Under the pieces are notes generated by a model. It saw only the letters and a program-made list of their open reading frames with translations. It was not told the origin of the DNA and searched no databases. The position numbers were made by a program, and so were the translations under genes. This document shows positions 37,628-47,083 of a DNA stretch of 64,000 bases, piece after piece. Each line of letters starts with the position of its first letter. The stretch's first letter is position 1. The stretch is from Bacilli bacterium (lineage in GTDB: Bacteria > Bacillota_I > Bacilli_A > RFN20 > CAG-826), in assembly GCA_045597865.1 (NCBI GenBank), contig JAZLKX010000052.1, positions 64,001 to 128,000 on the forward strand, given 5' to 3'.

Positions 37628-37654
37628 TTTAACATAAACCAATTGAGGTTAATC

Positions 37655-37837
37655 ATGGCTAAAACAAAAACACGTGAATGTACAGATAAGTTGCTTGAAC
37701 GCTTGGAAGACGGTATTCTTTCTTGGGAAGAAGTTTGTCGTGAATGCCTTGCGGAAATGTCAGAAGACGATGTCGCTGACATGTGCAGCAAATGTGAATA
37801 TCTGGACGAAGACGGATACGGGGAAGATGAAGACTAA
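37655..37837 (+). CDS. small acidic hypothetical protein
   Basis: RBS GAGGT. Confidence 0.6.
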   Translation: MAKTKTRECTDKLLERLEDGILSWEEVCRECLAEMSEDDVADMCSKCEYLDEDGYGEDED

Positions 37838-38096
37838 AAAACTTTCCTTGCAGGAATATGTGGATTTTGTTTTATCCTATATCCCGGAAATGAACATTGA
37901 AACTATTGAACATTGGTATAGTTTCAATGAATGCCAGAAAACTGAAGATGACGCTTACTGGTATGTCAATATGTGGCGAGCAATAAAACAGGCCGATGCG
38001 ATTAAGCCGGACTGGTTTGATATGCAGCCGACTGACCGTGAGCGTTACTTAAATGAACTAGCTGACTGTATGCCGGAGCCAATGAGGATTGCTTAA
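37827..38096 (+). CDS. hypothetical protein
   Basis: Overlapping ORF. Confidence 0.55.
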   Translation: MKTKKLSLQEYVDFVLSYIPEMNIETIEHWYSFNECQKTEDDAYWYVNMWRAIKQADAIKPDWFDMQPTDRERYLNELADCMPEPMRIA

Positions 38097-38098
38097 CT

Positions 38099-38332
38099 AT
38101 GATTTTTGAACATTCTTTTAGCAATGGTAACAGAGTTGCTATTGATCTTTCATCAGTAAGATATGTTGGGCTTGAACACAGAGCAGATGATAGTGAAATC
38201 ACCTTTCACTATAAAGGATTAGTAAAATCCGACAACAGTGGACTGGTATTTCACAGCAAAGATCATGAAACTCGTTCAAATACGGTATATGAAGAAATCC
38301 TTAAAGCTTTTAAAGGAGAAAACTCAATATGA
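38099..38332 (+). CDS. hypothetical protein
   Basis: ORF in operon. Confidence 0.55.
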   Translation: MIFEHSFSNGNRVAIDLSSVRYVGLEHRADDSEITFHYKGLVKSDNSGLVFHSKDHETRSNTVYEEILKAFKGENSI

Positions 38333-38613
38333 CACTTGAAGAACTTCAGAAATACGAAAATGCCAAAAAGGTAACAAATCCATACTTTAAGCATATCTTG
38401 CCGCGCTGGCGAGACGCCGTACTTCACGTATGGAATGATGACTTAAAGATTACATCTCCTTTCCGTCTCGCTGAATATCATCAACTTTTGGAATCTTATG
38501 GTCGCATTATTGTTGATGACGCTGACTTTAAGGCAGAAATTGAAGCTAAGCGTAATAAGATTACTGCTATCCTGCAGGTACATGGACATTTCATTGATGT
38601 TGAGGTTGACTAA
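38329..38613 (+). CDS. hypothetical protein
   Basis: RBS AAGGAG; ATGA overlap. Confidence 0.6.
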   Translation: MTLEELQKYENAKKVTNPYFKHILPRWRDAVLHVWNDDLKITSPFRLAEYHQLLESYGRIIVDDADFKAEIEAKRNKITAILQVHGHFIDVEVD

Positions 38614-38798
38614 TGAAAGCAAAAGATTTGATTGCCATTCTTGAAAGTGACCCTGAAGCAGAAGTTCTTGTTCAGGTGAAAGTAACTCGTGAAGAAAATG
38701 GTTATAAACATGCTGTCAATGAATGGGTTCCTATTGAAGAAAGGCATGTTATGAAGCCGCCTTTTGGTGGACGCCAAATTTTCCTTGGCGCCTATTAG
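38613..38798 (+). CDS. hypothetical protein
   Basis: MKAKDLIAILESDPEAEVLV, typical small phage early protein. Confidence 0.6.
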   Translation: MKAKDLIAILESDPEAEVLVQVKVTREENGYKHAVNEWVPIEERHVMKPPFGGRQIFLGAY

Positions 38799-38806
38799 GA
38801 GGAAAC

Positions 38807-39424
38807 ATGCTAAAGCGACTTGATAAGTTTATTGACTCGGTCAAGGCTTGGCTAAAGTCTGATTCCATTTCAAAGTCAATTAAAGAAGGCCCAAAGGTTG
38901 TGAAAGCAAAAGCTGCTGAAATCAAAAAGACTATGGCTAGCAAAGAACCATCAAAGCCGGCGCCTAAGAAAAAGGCAACGCCCAAGCCTAAGAAGTTAAA
39001 ATCAAATGATAAGCTCAGATATGTTGAGTCTAGTTCATGGGGTGTTATGAATATGACACTTGCTGACGCCGGCATGTATGTTTATCCTTTTGACCCAAAC
39101 ATGCCTATTTCCGTTCCGCAGCTTTTATGGTGTTTAGGAAAACAAAACTGGGCAAGCTGCGGCTTTTTGCTGCAGGTATATAATGACCAAAATGTTGGCT
39201 TTCAGTATCAGTGGATGTTTGTAGCATCTGACGATAATGAAAAATTGAAAATGCACGATCTGGTCTACATTTATTCAAAAAGCGGTGTAACTAAACTTAT
39301 CAATTCTGGAAAGACACTTGATGCACTTGCTTTAAACATGGAAACCTATGTAAAACAGGTAAGGAGCGAAATTATCAAAAAGGCAATTCTTGCTGATGAT
39401 AATTTCAACTACTTTGAAGTTTAA
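38807..39424 (+). CDS. hypothetical protein with Lys/Pro-rich linker
   Basis: RBS AGGAGG. Confidence 0.65.
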   Translation: MLKRLDKFIDSVKAWLKSDSISKSIKEGPKVVKAKAAEIKKTMASKEPSKPAPKKKATPKPKKLKSNDKLRYVESSSWGVMNMTLADAGMYVYPFDPNMPISVPQLLWCLGKQNWASCGFLLQVYNDQNVGFQYQWMFVASDDNEKLKMHDLVYIYSKSGVTKLINSGKTLDALALNMETYVKQVRSEIIKKAILADDNFNYFEV

Positions 39425-39576
39425 CTGACATACACATTTTGGAAAATAAAATCCGCCCCGTGAAAGGGCGGGTTTTTTTTGTTATATTTTTACCTAATAA
39501 ATAATGTGCCAACGGTTTTTGAACCGTGACAAGAAAAAATAAAGACACATTATGCAAGATCTATTAGGAGAAAAAT

Positions 39577-40692
39577 ATGGCAAATAAATTAGTCGCTAAA
39601 TTCAAGAAAGAAAAAGCCTTCGCTGACATTTTGGCAGCAGACAACATTGAGGATGAATTCCTCAGTACGAACTGCGCATCAGTTAACTTGCTGTTCAGCG
39701 GTAAGCTTGATGGCGGTATTAAGAAAGGCAAGATGAATACCATCTGTGCTGATTCTGGCTGGGGTAAGTCGCTTATTGGTTTGAATGTTTTGGCAAATGC
39801 GTACCGTGCTGGAATGACCTGCGTGGTAATTGATACAGAAAACGCATTTAATACACAGCTTGCAGCATCACTCGGCATTGACATTGATGATATCTTGCTT
39901 TTCAGGACTTCACGTATTCCTGAAATTAAACAGATTTATGCTCGCATCAACCATGGCCTAACTCGTGCAGAATCTCGTGAGATCTTCGTTCTTCTTGATT
40001 CTTGGGGTCCTATTGTTGAAGAACAGGTTATGGAAAAGGCTGAAGAAGCAAGTTCTGCAGTTAACATGAGCGCGGCTAAGTTCAAGAACGAACTTGCTAA
40101 TATCATTAACGCTTGTGGAAACACATCTTTCATTGTTAACCATGTGTATGAATCTCTTCAGATGTATGGCGAAAAGTTTGCTATTCCTGGTGGTAAGAGA
40201 TTGTTCTTCAACTCTGACGCTATCGTTCTTGCAAGCTCTGCTGCAAAGGCAAAGGACAAGGAAGGTAATGTTTATGGCAAGGTAATTACCGCTTCCGTTA
40301 AGAAAGGACGTGCTGCTAAGGAATTTTCTAAGACTAAGTTCTTGATTGAACATTCTGGCGGTATTAACCCTTACTTTGGTCTGCTTGAAGATGCAGTTGC
40401 TGCAGGCGTTGTGATTAAGCCAAAGCCAGGTCGCTATACTCGTCCTGAATATGATACTGATGGACGCGAATGGAAGGAAGAAGAATTGTACTGTGCTAAA
40501 TTCTGGATTCCTCTTTACAAGAACGAAGACTTCATCAAGTTCGTTGAAAAGAAATTTGCCTTTGAAGATACTCAGCTTATTTCTTCTGTTGAGAATATCA
40601 TGGATCTTATGAATCTTGATGAAAGCCAGTTGAGCGAAAAGACACTTACGGCTGAAGAAGACGATACGCCGTATGATCCTGACGAAGACTAA
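39577..40692 (+). CDS. uvsX: RecA-like recombinase UvsX
   Basis: NLLFSG..DGG, Walker A ADSGWGKS, IDTE, LLDS, VNHVY, PGG. Confidence 0.9.
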   Translation: MANKLVAKFKKEKAFADILAADNIEDEFLSTNCASVNLLFSGKLDGGIKKGKMNTICADSGWGKSLIGLNVLANAYRAGMTCVVIDTENAFNTQLAASLGIDIDDILLFRTSRIPEIKQIYARINHGLTRAESREIFVLLDSWGPIVEEQVMEKAEEASSAVNMSAAKFKNELANIINACGNTSFIVNHVYESLQMYGEKFAIPGGKRLFFNSDAIVLASSAAKAKDKEGNVYGKVITASVKKGRAAKEFSKTKFLIEHSGGINPYFGLLEDAVAAGVVIKPKPGRYTRPEYDTDGREWKEEELYCAKFWIPLYKNEDFIKFVEKKFAFEDTQLISSVENIMDLMNLDESQLSEKTLTAEEDDTPYDPDED

Positions 40693-40802
40693 TCTTTATT
40701 AGGAAACACGCATTTGAGATGGACGGAAATTTTCTGCCCATCTCTTTTTTCTTAAAAACTTTTTTATATTTTGTTTTGAAATTTTTATAAGGAGAACTGA
40801 TA

Positions 40803-41363
40803 ATGGTAATTATCGTTGAAGGTCCAGATAGAACGGGAAAAACAACACAAATCGCAAAGATGAAAGAGCATTATGAAGCTCAAGGTAAATCTGTTCAGGT
40901 TATTCATTATGAATCCATCAAGAAAGATGAGGGTTTTAAGTACAACGCAAAAATCTTGCAGCAGATGAGCCGTGTTCGTTATGATGACATGTTAAATTTG
41001 GCAAATACTTTTGCAGAAGATGACAAGACCGTACTTATCTTTGACCGTGCTCACTTGGGTGAACTTGTATATGCACCGTTGTTTAGAAAATATGGCGGTG
41101 AATATGTTTTCAACTTGGAAGACAAGTATCCAACTTTCCTTGAAAAAACAAAACTGTTTGTTTTCGTTGATGAAGCAAAAAATCTTGTTAAGCGTGATGA
41201 TGGCAAGAGCTTGGGCAAGGTGACTAAAAAGACAAAACAGCGTGAAAAGGATTTGTTTGAGGTCGCATTTGAATGCTCAAACATTAAAGACAAGCACTTG
41301 ATTAACATCAACAAGACAAAAGAAGAAAAAGTGTGGGAATTGGTTAAGGAAAAACTTGTATGA
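40803..41363 (+). CDS. dNMP kinase (thymidylate-kinase-like)
   Basis: IIVEGPDRTGKTT, FDRAHLGELVY, RDDGKS. Confidence 0.8.
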   Translation: MVIIVEGPDRTGKTTQIAKMKEHYEAQGKSVQVIHYESIKKDEGFKYNAKILQQMSRVRYDDMLNLANTFAEDDKTVLIFDRAHLGELVYAPLFRKYGGEYVFNLEDKYPTFLEKTKLFVFVDEAKNLVKRDDGKSLGKVTKKTKQREKDLFEVAFECSNIKDKHLININKTKEEKVWELVKEKLV

Positions 41364-42109
41364 TTGAAAATTTTGAATTGAAAGAAGATCTTGATTTTGA
41401 GTCAGAAATTGGCATTAAGAACAATGATGTAATTCGTAATGAAGTACAGGATGTTTTGGCTTGGAAATATAAGTCAGGTGATAAGGTTGGCAACACTTGG
41501 GAAATCATTGATGCGCATTTGACTCTTAATCCATATCAGCCGTACTTGAACATTTTCAATAGACCATTTAAAAAGGACTATCTTGAAAAGGAACATAAGT
41601 GGTATATGTCACAAGATCTGTCTATTAAAGGATGGATGGACGACATCAAGATTTGGAACTACTGTGCATCAAAAGACGATAAGCAACTTATCAACTCAAA
41701 TTATGGTTGGTGTGTTTTCTCAAAGGAAAATGGCGACCAATATGAAAACTGCTTAAAGAAAATGAAGGAAGATGTAAATACACGTGAAGCGTTGATGATC
41801 TATACTCGACCGAGCATGCACATTGATGCCGTTGAAAACGGAAAGCATGATTTTATGTGTACTGTTTCTGCTCAGGCAATGATCCGCAATGGCAAACTGT
41901 ATTACATTGTGACACAAAGATCTTGTGACTTGGTAACTGGTCTTTCGTTTGACTTCCCTTGGCACTGTTTCGTGTATCAGATGATGTATGAAGAATTGAA
42001 ACAGACATATCCTGAGCTTGAACGCGGAAGTATCTTCTATAATATCGGAAGTCTTCATGTATATGACCGTCACGAGAATCTTCTCAAGGCATATTCAGTT
42101 TATGGGTAA
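41360..42109 (+). CDS. thymidylate-synthase-fold dCMP hydroxymethylase/hydroxylase (T4 gp42-like)
   Basis: INSNYGW, TREA..IYTRPSMH, DFMCT, RSCD...GLSFDFPW (Asp at the pyrimidine-specificity site), GSLHVYDRH. Confidence 0.8.
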   Translation: MIENFELKEDLDFESEIGIKNNDVIRNEVQDVLAWKYKSGDKVGNTWEIIDAHLTLNPYQPYLNIFNRPFKKDYLEKEHKWYMSQDLSIKGWMDDIKIWNYCASKDDKQLINSNYGWCVFSKENGDQYENCLKKMKEDVNTREALMIYTRPSMHIDAVENGKHDFMCTVSAQAMIRNGKLYYIVTQRSCDLVTGLSFDFPWHCFVYQMMYEELKQTYPELERGSIFYNIGSLHVYDRHENLLKAYSVYG

Positions 42110-42112
42110 TAG

Positions 42113-43510
42113 ATGAAACCAGCAGATTTTGAAAGAATTATAATCAAAGCACTTTTTGTAAACGATACAGTCAGAGGTAAAGTTTTACCAGCACTTAAGA
42201 CTGATTGGTTCTTTGACATTGATGATAAATTCATCATTGAAAAAATCATTGACTTCAATGGACGCTTTGGTCAGATGCCAAACGTCATTGAAATGAAGCG
42301 TCTTATTTCAGATGACACGACTTTAGGCATTTTTGAAGATGCGATGAACATTCCTGATGATGATGTTCAAACAGAATTCATGCTTGAAGAAATTCAGGAA
42401 TATGTAAGGCGTCGTCTTGTCAGCAATGTTTGTGAAAAGGGTCATAAAGCCGTTCAAAGTTCAGGTGCATATAACGCATCTTTGACTGACTTAATGGCTG
42501 AAGCTGAAACTTTTACTTTTGACACAAACATTGGCTTTGACATTTTGAATGATCCTAACCGTTTGTATGAAGATGCAAACACGAAGGAGAAAATCTATAA
42601 TTCTGGCATCAAGATTATCAATGATATGATTGGTGGTGGCTTCCATGAAAAGTCATTGAACTTGTTTATGGCGCCAACTAACATTGGTAAGACTTTGATT
42701 ATGTGTTCATTAGCAACAAACTTCTTGTTGAATGGACACAATGTTTTGTATGTAACTTTTGAAGACCCGGAAAACAAAATCGCTGGCCGTATGGCTCAGA
42801 ATTTGTTTGACATTACACAGAAAGATTACAAGGCGATGAGCCGCGATAACTTTAACCTTGCATTTGCTAATCTTAAAAAGAAATTGCCCGGTAACCGTGT
42901 GATTGTTAAGGAATATCCAGAAGGTACAGTTAACGCCGTTCAGTTGAATGCTTTGCTTAAGGAATTGAAGGATAAGCAAAACTTTGAACCTGATGTAATG
43001 CTTGTTGACTATATTGGTTGTATGATACCAAACGGCAGACCAAATCCAAACTTAAACACAAATACCACACTGCAGCTTATCTCACTTCAGGTAAGAGCTT
43101 TGGGTATGACACATGGCATTCCTATCATTTCAGGTCTTCAGGCAAACCGCGGTGGTAACGGCGTTGCAGAAATTAGCTTGAATGATGTTGCTGATTCTTT
43201 TGCATCAACTACGAAGGCAGACGCTATCTTCGGTGTAACTCAAACAGATGAATACAAGCAACAGAATGTTTATTGTGTAAAGTTGTTAAAGACTCGTTAT
43301 GGTAATCAGCGTAATGATACATTCTTGTTAGGCGTTGACATTGAAAAGCAAAGAATTTATGATGTTGACAATGAAGCAATTCAGCAAGGATCGGTTAATA
43401 TCTTTGATGCGCCGGAAGCGTCAAATCGTCCAAGACGAAATACGCCTGAACCTGAAGAAGAATATGTATATGAAGAAGTACCAACACCCGATGAAATAGA
43501 CTTTATGTAA
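42113..43510 (+). CDS. replicative DNA helicase (T4 gp41/DnaB-like)
   Basis: Walker A APTNIGKT, VTFE, VDYI, QANR, LKTRYG. Confidence 0.9.
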   Translation: MKPADFERIIIKALFVNDTVRGKVLPALKTDWFFDIDDKFIIEKIIDFNGRFGQMPNVIEMKRLISDDTTLGIFEDAMNIPDDDVQTEFMLEEIQEYVRRRLVSNVCEKGHKAVQSSGAYNASLTDLMAEAETFTFDTNIGFDILNDPNRLYEDANTKEKIYNSGIKIINDMIGGGFHEKSLNLFMAPTNIGKTLIMCSLATNFLLNGHNVLYVTFEDPENKIAGRMAQNLFDITQKDYKAMSRDNFNLAFANLKKKLPGNRVIVKEYPEGTVNAVQLNALLKELKDKQNFEPDVMLVDYIGCMIPNGRPNPNLNTNTTLQLISLQVRALGMTHGIPIISGLQANRGGNGVAEISLNDVADSFASTTKADAIFGVTQTDEYKQQNVYCVKLLKTRYGNQRNDTFLLGVDIEKQRIYDVDNEAIQQGSVNIFDAPEASNRPRRNTPEPEEEYVYEEVPTPDEIDFM

Positions 43511-43521
43511 GGAGAAAAATC

Positions 43522-43947
43522 ATGGCTGATTTTTTTGATACATTGCTGTCGGATTACGGTGATAGACAGGCGCTTGAACGAAAACAAAACAAAGCCAAGT
43601 TCTACGACTTTATGAAAGAGAATGGATTTGACTTTAATGATACAACTGAAGAAGTTCCTGGCTTTGACCGCTTGCCGAAATCACTTATTCCTGTTATGCA
43701 GAATAACACGGATGAGTTCCATAAGTTCAACCATCTGTTATCAAAGCTTGAGAAAGAAGGCATTTGTACAGTTGCTGATGCTGCTGTATATCTGCATACT
43801 GATTATCTTGATGTACCTCAAGTGCTCAAGTGTCTTGATGAATTGAACTTCTACGCAATGAAAACGGAATTTCTAAAAAGATACCGTCTTCAGCTTGAAA
43901 AGAAAGGCGAAACCACACTTCTGGATTTTTTAGATGCAGACTTCTAG
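43522..43947 (+). CDS. possible gp33-like late transcription coactivator
   Basis: Size and position in a gp33-gp59-gp32-type gene order; sequence evidence weak. Confidence 0.35.
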   Translation: MADFFDTLLSDYGDRQALERKQNKAKFYDFMKENGFDFNDTTEEVPGFDRLPKSLIPVMQNNTDEFHKFNHLLSKLEKEGICTVADAAVYLHTDYLDVPQVLKCLDELNFYAMKTEFLKRYRLQLEKKGETTLLDFLDADF

Positions 43948-44569
43948 TAAAGAACTATATCATTTCTGGAGCTTGTTTAGCAAGCTCTTGAAAGATGAAC
44001 CGCCGGCATTGCGTCGTAAGTTTGAAAAGTTGACTCTTCAAGAAATTCTCAAAGAGGAGTTCTTTGAAACTCCGCGCATGCCGAATGCGTATGTTGATTT
44101 TATTGATGTTGCGAACGGAATAAACAACGGTAAGTTTACTTTTGACCAATGGGTATATGTCATTGTTCAGGATTTTATTCGTGACGGCAAGGTAAAGAAG
44201 AAAAACATCTTAAATCTAAATTATCTTGAAAAAAAATTTAAATTGTTTACCGTAAATGAGATAAATCGCCAACGCGACCTTATAAATAAATTGTCAGAGG
44301 AAGCTGAAAGCGATAATCCGTTTACAGAATTTTCTGACGCCAAATTTGACCTCTATACAGTCAATGAACAGCAGAAAAATAAACTTTATGAATTGGTCAA
44401 AGCTGGAACATTGAACTTTTGGTTCTTCATTAACGGACTTCATACAAAGAAGTTTAAGATTGACGAATCTAAGCTTGCTGATCCAGCATATAGCCGTTTC
44501 TTAAGGTTAATGCAAATAATTAAAGACAACAAAACAGGCAAAACACAGGAGAATCTATTATGCCAGTAA
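43934..44569 (+). CDS. possible gp59-like helicase loader
   Basis: About 210 aa helical protein immediately upstream of gp32; based on synteny. Confidence 0.4.
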   Translation: MQTSSKELYHFWSLFSKLLKDEPPALRRKFEKLTLQEILKEEFFETPRMPNAYVDFIDVANGINNGKFTFDQWVYVIVQDFIRDGKVKKKNILNLNYLEKKFKLFTVNEINRQRDLINKLSEEAESDNPFTEFSDAKFDLYTVNEQQKNKLYELVKAGTLNFWFFINGLHTKKFKIDESKLADPAYSRFLRLMQIIKDNKTGKTQENLLCQ

Positions 44570-45534
44570 AAAGAGATTTTGGTAGTTATTTTCAGGACAT
44601 TCAGGCAGCTACTGCTGCTCCCGCTGCAACCCAGCGTAAATCCTACAAGGTCGAGAATGTTTTCACTCCGACTTATAAGGATGGTAAGTTTAGCGTAATT
44701 TTGCGCTTCCTCCCTTCACATCCTGATGAAATCAAACCGTTCATTGAAAACCGTACCCACATGTTTAAGGTAAACGGTGACCAGTGGTTTGGATGTGATT
44801 GTTTGGGTAAGTTTGGTAAGCCTTGCCCGATTTGCGAATACAACCGTGAACAGTTTAAGAAGTATGGAAAGGAAGAAGGCCGTGCCCGTTCTTTCGGTAA
44901 GGCTCGCTCTAAGTACGTCTGCAACGTTCTTGTTGTTCGTAATGCAAACAACACTGAACAGGAAGGAAAGGTTTATCGCTTTGAATTTGGCGCACAGATC
45001 ATGAAGATGATTTCTGAAGCTATGACTGAAAAGGACGATGGCTTGAGCGTAACTCCGGCTATCAACCCGTTTGATTGGACACTCGGTGCTAACTTCGTTT
45101 ATGAAGGCGTACAGAGTTCCAACGGTCCTAAGCTTGATGCTTCTCACTTTGGACCTCAGCAGGCAATTAACAAGTGGACCGGTAAGGGCTACAAGGAATT
45201 GACTGAAGCAGAAATTGATGACATTGAATCTAAGCTTTATAAGCATGATGAATGCTATCACAAGGAAGAAGACTGCGCTAATTATAATCAGATTCTTGAA
45301 AGATACGAAAAGAAGACTGGTAAGTCATTGTTTGAAAACATGCCGGCTGGTGCCGCTTCAATGGCAAACTCTAATCCGTTTGCTGCTGAACCCGCTGCAA
45401 CATCCACAACAGTTGAAACCTTTGACTTTGATGCACCGGCTGCACCTGCTCCTGTAAAGGCAGCACCTGCACCTGCTGTTGACGTTCTCGATGACGCCGC
45501 ATTCTGGGCCGATGTAAATAAGAACCAGGCTTAA
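44560..45534 (+). CDS. single-stranded DNA-binding protein (T4 gp32-like)
   Basis: ILRFLP, C....GKPCPICE Zn site, YVCNVLVV, EGKVY.FEFG..I, NPFD...GANF, acidic tail. Confidence 0.9.
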   Translation: MPVKRDFGSYFQDIQAATAAPAATQRKSYKVENVFTPTYKDGKFSVILRFLPSHPDEIKPFIENRTHMFKVNGDQWFGCDCLGKFGKPCPICEYNREQFKKYGKEEGRARSFGKARSKYVCNVLVVRNANNTEQEGKVYRFEFGAQIMKMISEAMTEKDDGLSVTPAINPFDWTLGANFVYEGVQSSNGPKLDASHFGPQQAINKWTGKGYKELTEAEIDDIESKLYKHDECYHKEEDCANYNQILERYEKKTGKSLFENMPAGAASMANSNPFAAEPAATSTTVETFDFDAPAAPAPVKAAPAPAVDVLDDAAFWADVNKNQA

Positions 45535-45556
45535 TCTTGGTTGGAAAATAAATTCA

Positions 45557-45593
45557 TGGGCACCCGTCAAAGGTGCCCATTTTTTGTTATATT
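45557..45593 (+). terminator. terminator fused to TGTTATATT promoter element
   Basis: TGGGCACC-CGTCAAA-GGTGCCCA, T tract, GTTATATT. Confidence 0.75.
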
Positions 45594-45621
45594 TTGTATG
45601 TAAAGAAAAATGGAGTAACAA

Positions 45622-46521
45622 ATGTTTGATTTTTACAACCCAGATTTACGAATCCTGAATTTCACACATATTGATTTTGACGGCGCTGCTTCAGCCGTTG
45701 TCATCAAGAACTATTATAAGAACGTTCAGACCGAAGTAATCAATTACGGCAAGGAACAGGAAGCTTATGATAAGATGACAAAGAACATGGGCGCATTTGA
45801 CGCTGTTGTGTTCACTGACTTCTGTCCTGTCAATATCAAGCAGCTGCAGAAAATTGGTAAGCCTATTCTTGTGCTTGACCATCATGAAACCGCTAAGCAA
45901 TTTGCCGATCCGCAGAATGGCGTTTATATTAAGTCAGAAGTTTGCGGTGCTATGCTTGCTTTTAAGTATTACAGCGTAAAGAAGGATTTGTCCTATCTTA
46001 AGGATCTTATCAACATTGCGAATGATTATGATCTGTTTACCCTCAAGGATCCACGCAGTATGTGCTTTAATGCACTGTTCTGGGAAATGGGTTTCAGATG
46101 GTTTGTTCGCCGTTTTATGACAGGCAATACATCGCTTTATGCTGAAGAAAAAGATTACATTCGTTGGTACAAAGTTGATGAACAGAAGTGGTATGATAAC
46201 CTTGAACTTGTTGACATTCCTGTAAAGAATCTCAAGGGATGCTTCTATAAAACGGAAAAATACCTCGCGGAAATGAGTGCTCGTCTTCGTCTTGATGGTT
46301 ATGATTTCCAGATCATCAAGCATGGAACCGCGTTGTCTGTTCGTTCAAACAATGATGCGCTTGACTTGACAAAAGTTTGTCAGTTTATTGGCAAGGGCGG
46401 CGGACATCCTAAGGCCGTTGGTATTCCTGTGCCATTCGGCGAAAACATTGAAGAACTTACAAAGAAGATCTGTTACGGTATTGAGCATGAACTCAATTAC
46501 GGTGCTGACTTACCATTCTAA
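45622..46521 (+). CDS. DHH-family phosphoesterase
   Basis: THIDFDG, FTDF, LDHH, NDYDL, GGGHPKAVG. Confidence 0.9.
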   Translation: MFDFYNPDLRILNFTHIDFDGAASAVVIKNYYKNVQTEVINYGKEQEAYDKMTKNMGAFDAVVFTDFCPVNIKQLQKIGKPILVLDHHETAKQFADPQNGVYIKSEVCGAMLAFKYYSVKKDLSYLKDLINIANDYDLFTLKDPRSMCFNALFWEMGFRWFVRRFMTGNTSLYAEEKDYIRWYKVDEQKWYDNLELVDIPVKNLKGCFYKTEKYLAEMSARLRLDGYDFQIIKHGTALSVRSNNDALDLTKVCQFIGKGGGHPKAVGIPVPFGENIEELTKKICYGIEHELNYGADLPF

Positions 46522-46533
46522 AAGGAAAGAAAA

Positions 46534-46968
46534 ATGCTAAAAGAAACTATTGAAAAAGAAATCGTTGCTGCATTAAAAAGCGGCGATACTGCTACACTGA
46601 ACGCTTTGAAGTCATTCAAGGCTGACTACACAAAGGTCGCTATTGACAAGCGTTGCGAAGTAACTGATGAACTTATCATTGACGCAGCCGCTAAATCCAT
46701 TAAGCAGTATAAGGACGCTTTGATGGTAATGTGTTCAGGTGGTCCTAATTACATGGACTATGAATTCCGCGTCAAGCTGCTTTCTAAGTATTTGCCTGCA
46801 CAGTTGACTGAAGCAGAAGTGACTGAAATCGTTCTTGCCGCAAAGGCTGCCACTGGCGCTGCTACTAAAAAGGACATGGGTAAAATCATGAAGGAAGTGC
46901 AGCCTAAATGTAAGGGCAAGTTTGATGGCAAGCGTCTTTCTGAAATCGTTAACAGCGTTTTAAACTAA
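46534..46968 (+). CDS. GatB/YqeY domain protein
   Basis: YLPAQLTEAE, KDMGKIMK, GKFDGK. Confidence 0.9.
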   Translation: MLKETIEKEIVAALKSGDTATLNALKSFKADYTKVAIDKRCEVTDELIIDAAAKSIKQYKDALMVMCSGGPNYMDYEFRVKLLSKYLPAQLTEAEVTEIVLAAKAATGAATKKDMGKIMKEVQPKCKGKFDGKRLSEIVNSVLN

Positions 46969-47083
46969 GTGATAAAACATGAAATGGATTAGCACTTGCT
47001 TGAAGACAAAGTAATAAGCAAGTTTCAGAAAAAATAAATAACCCGGGCCTAAAAAGCTCGGGTTTCTTTGTTATATTTTGTTT

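Noticed and set aside
41360-42109. Ordinary thymidylate synthase ThyA
   Set aside because: Asp rather than Asn at the specificity position, gp42-like motifs, and ThyX is present elsewhere
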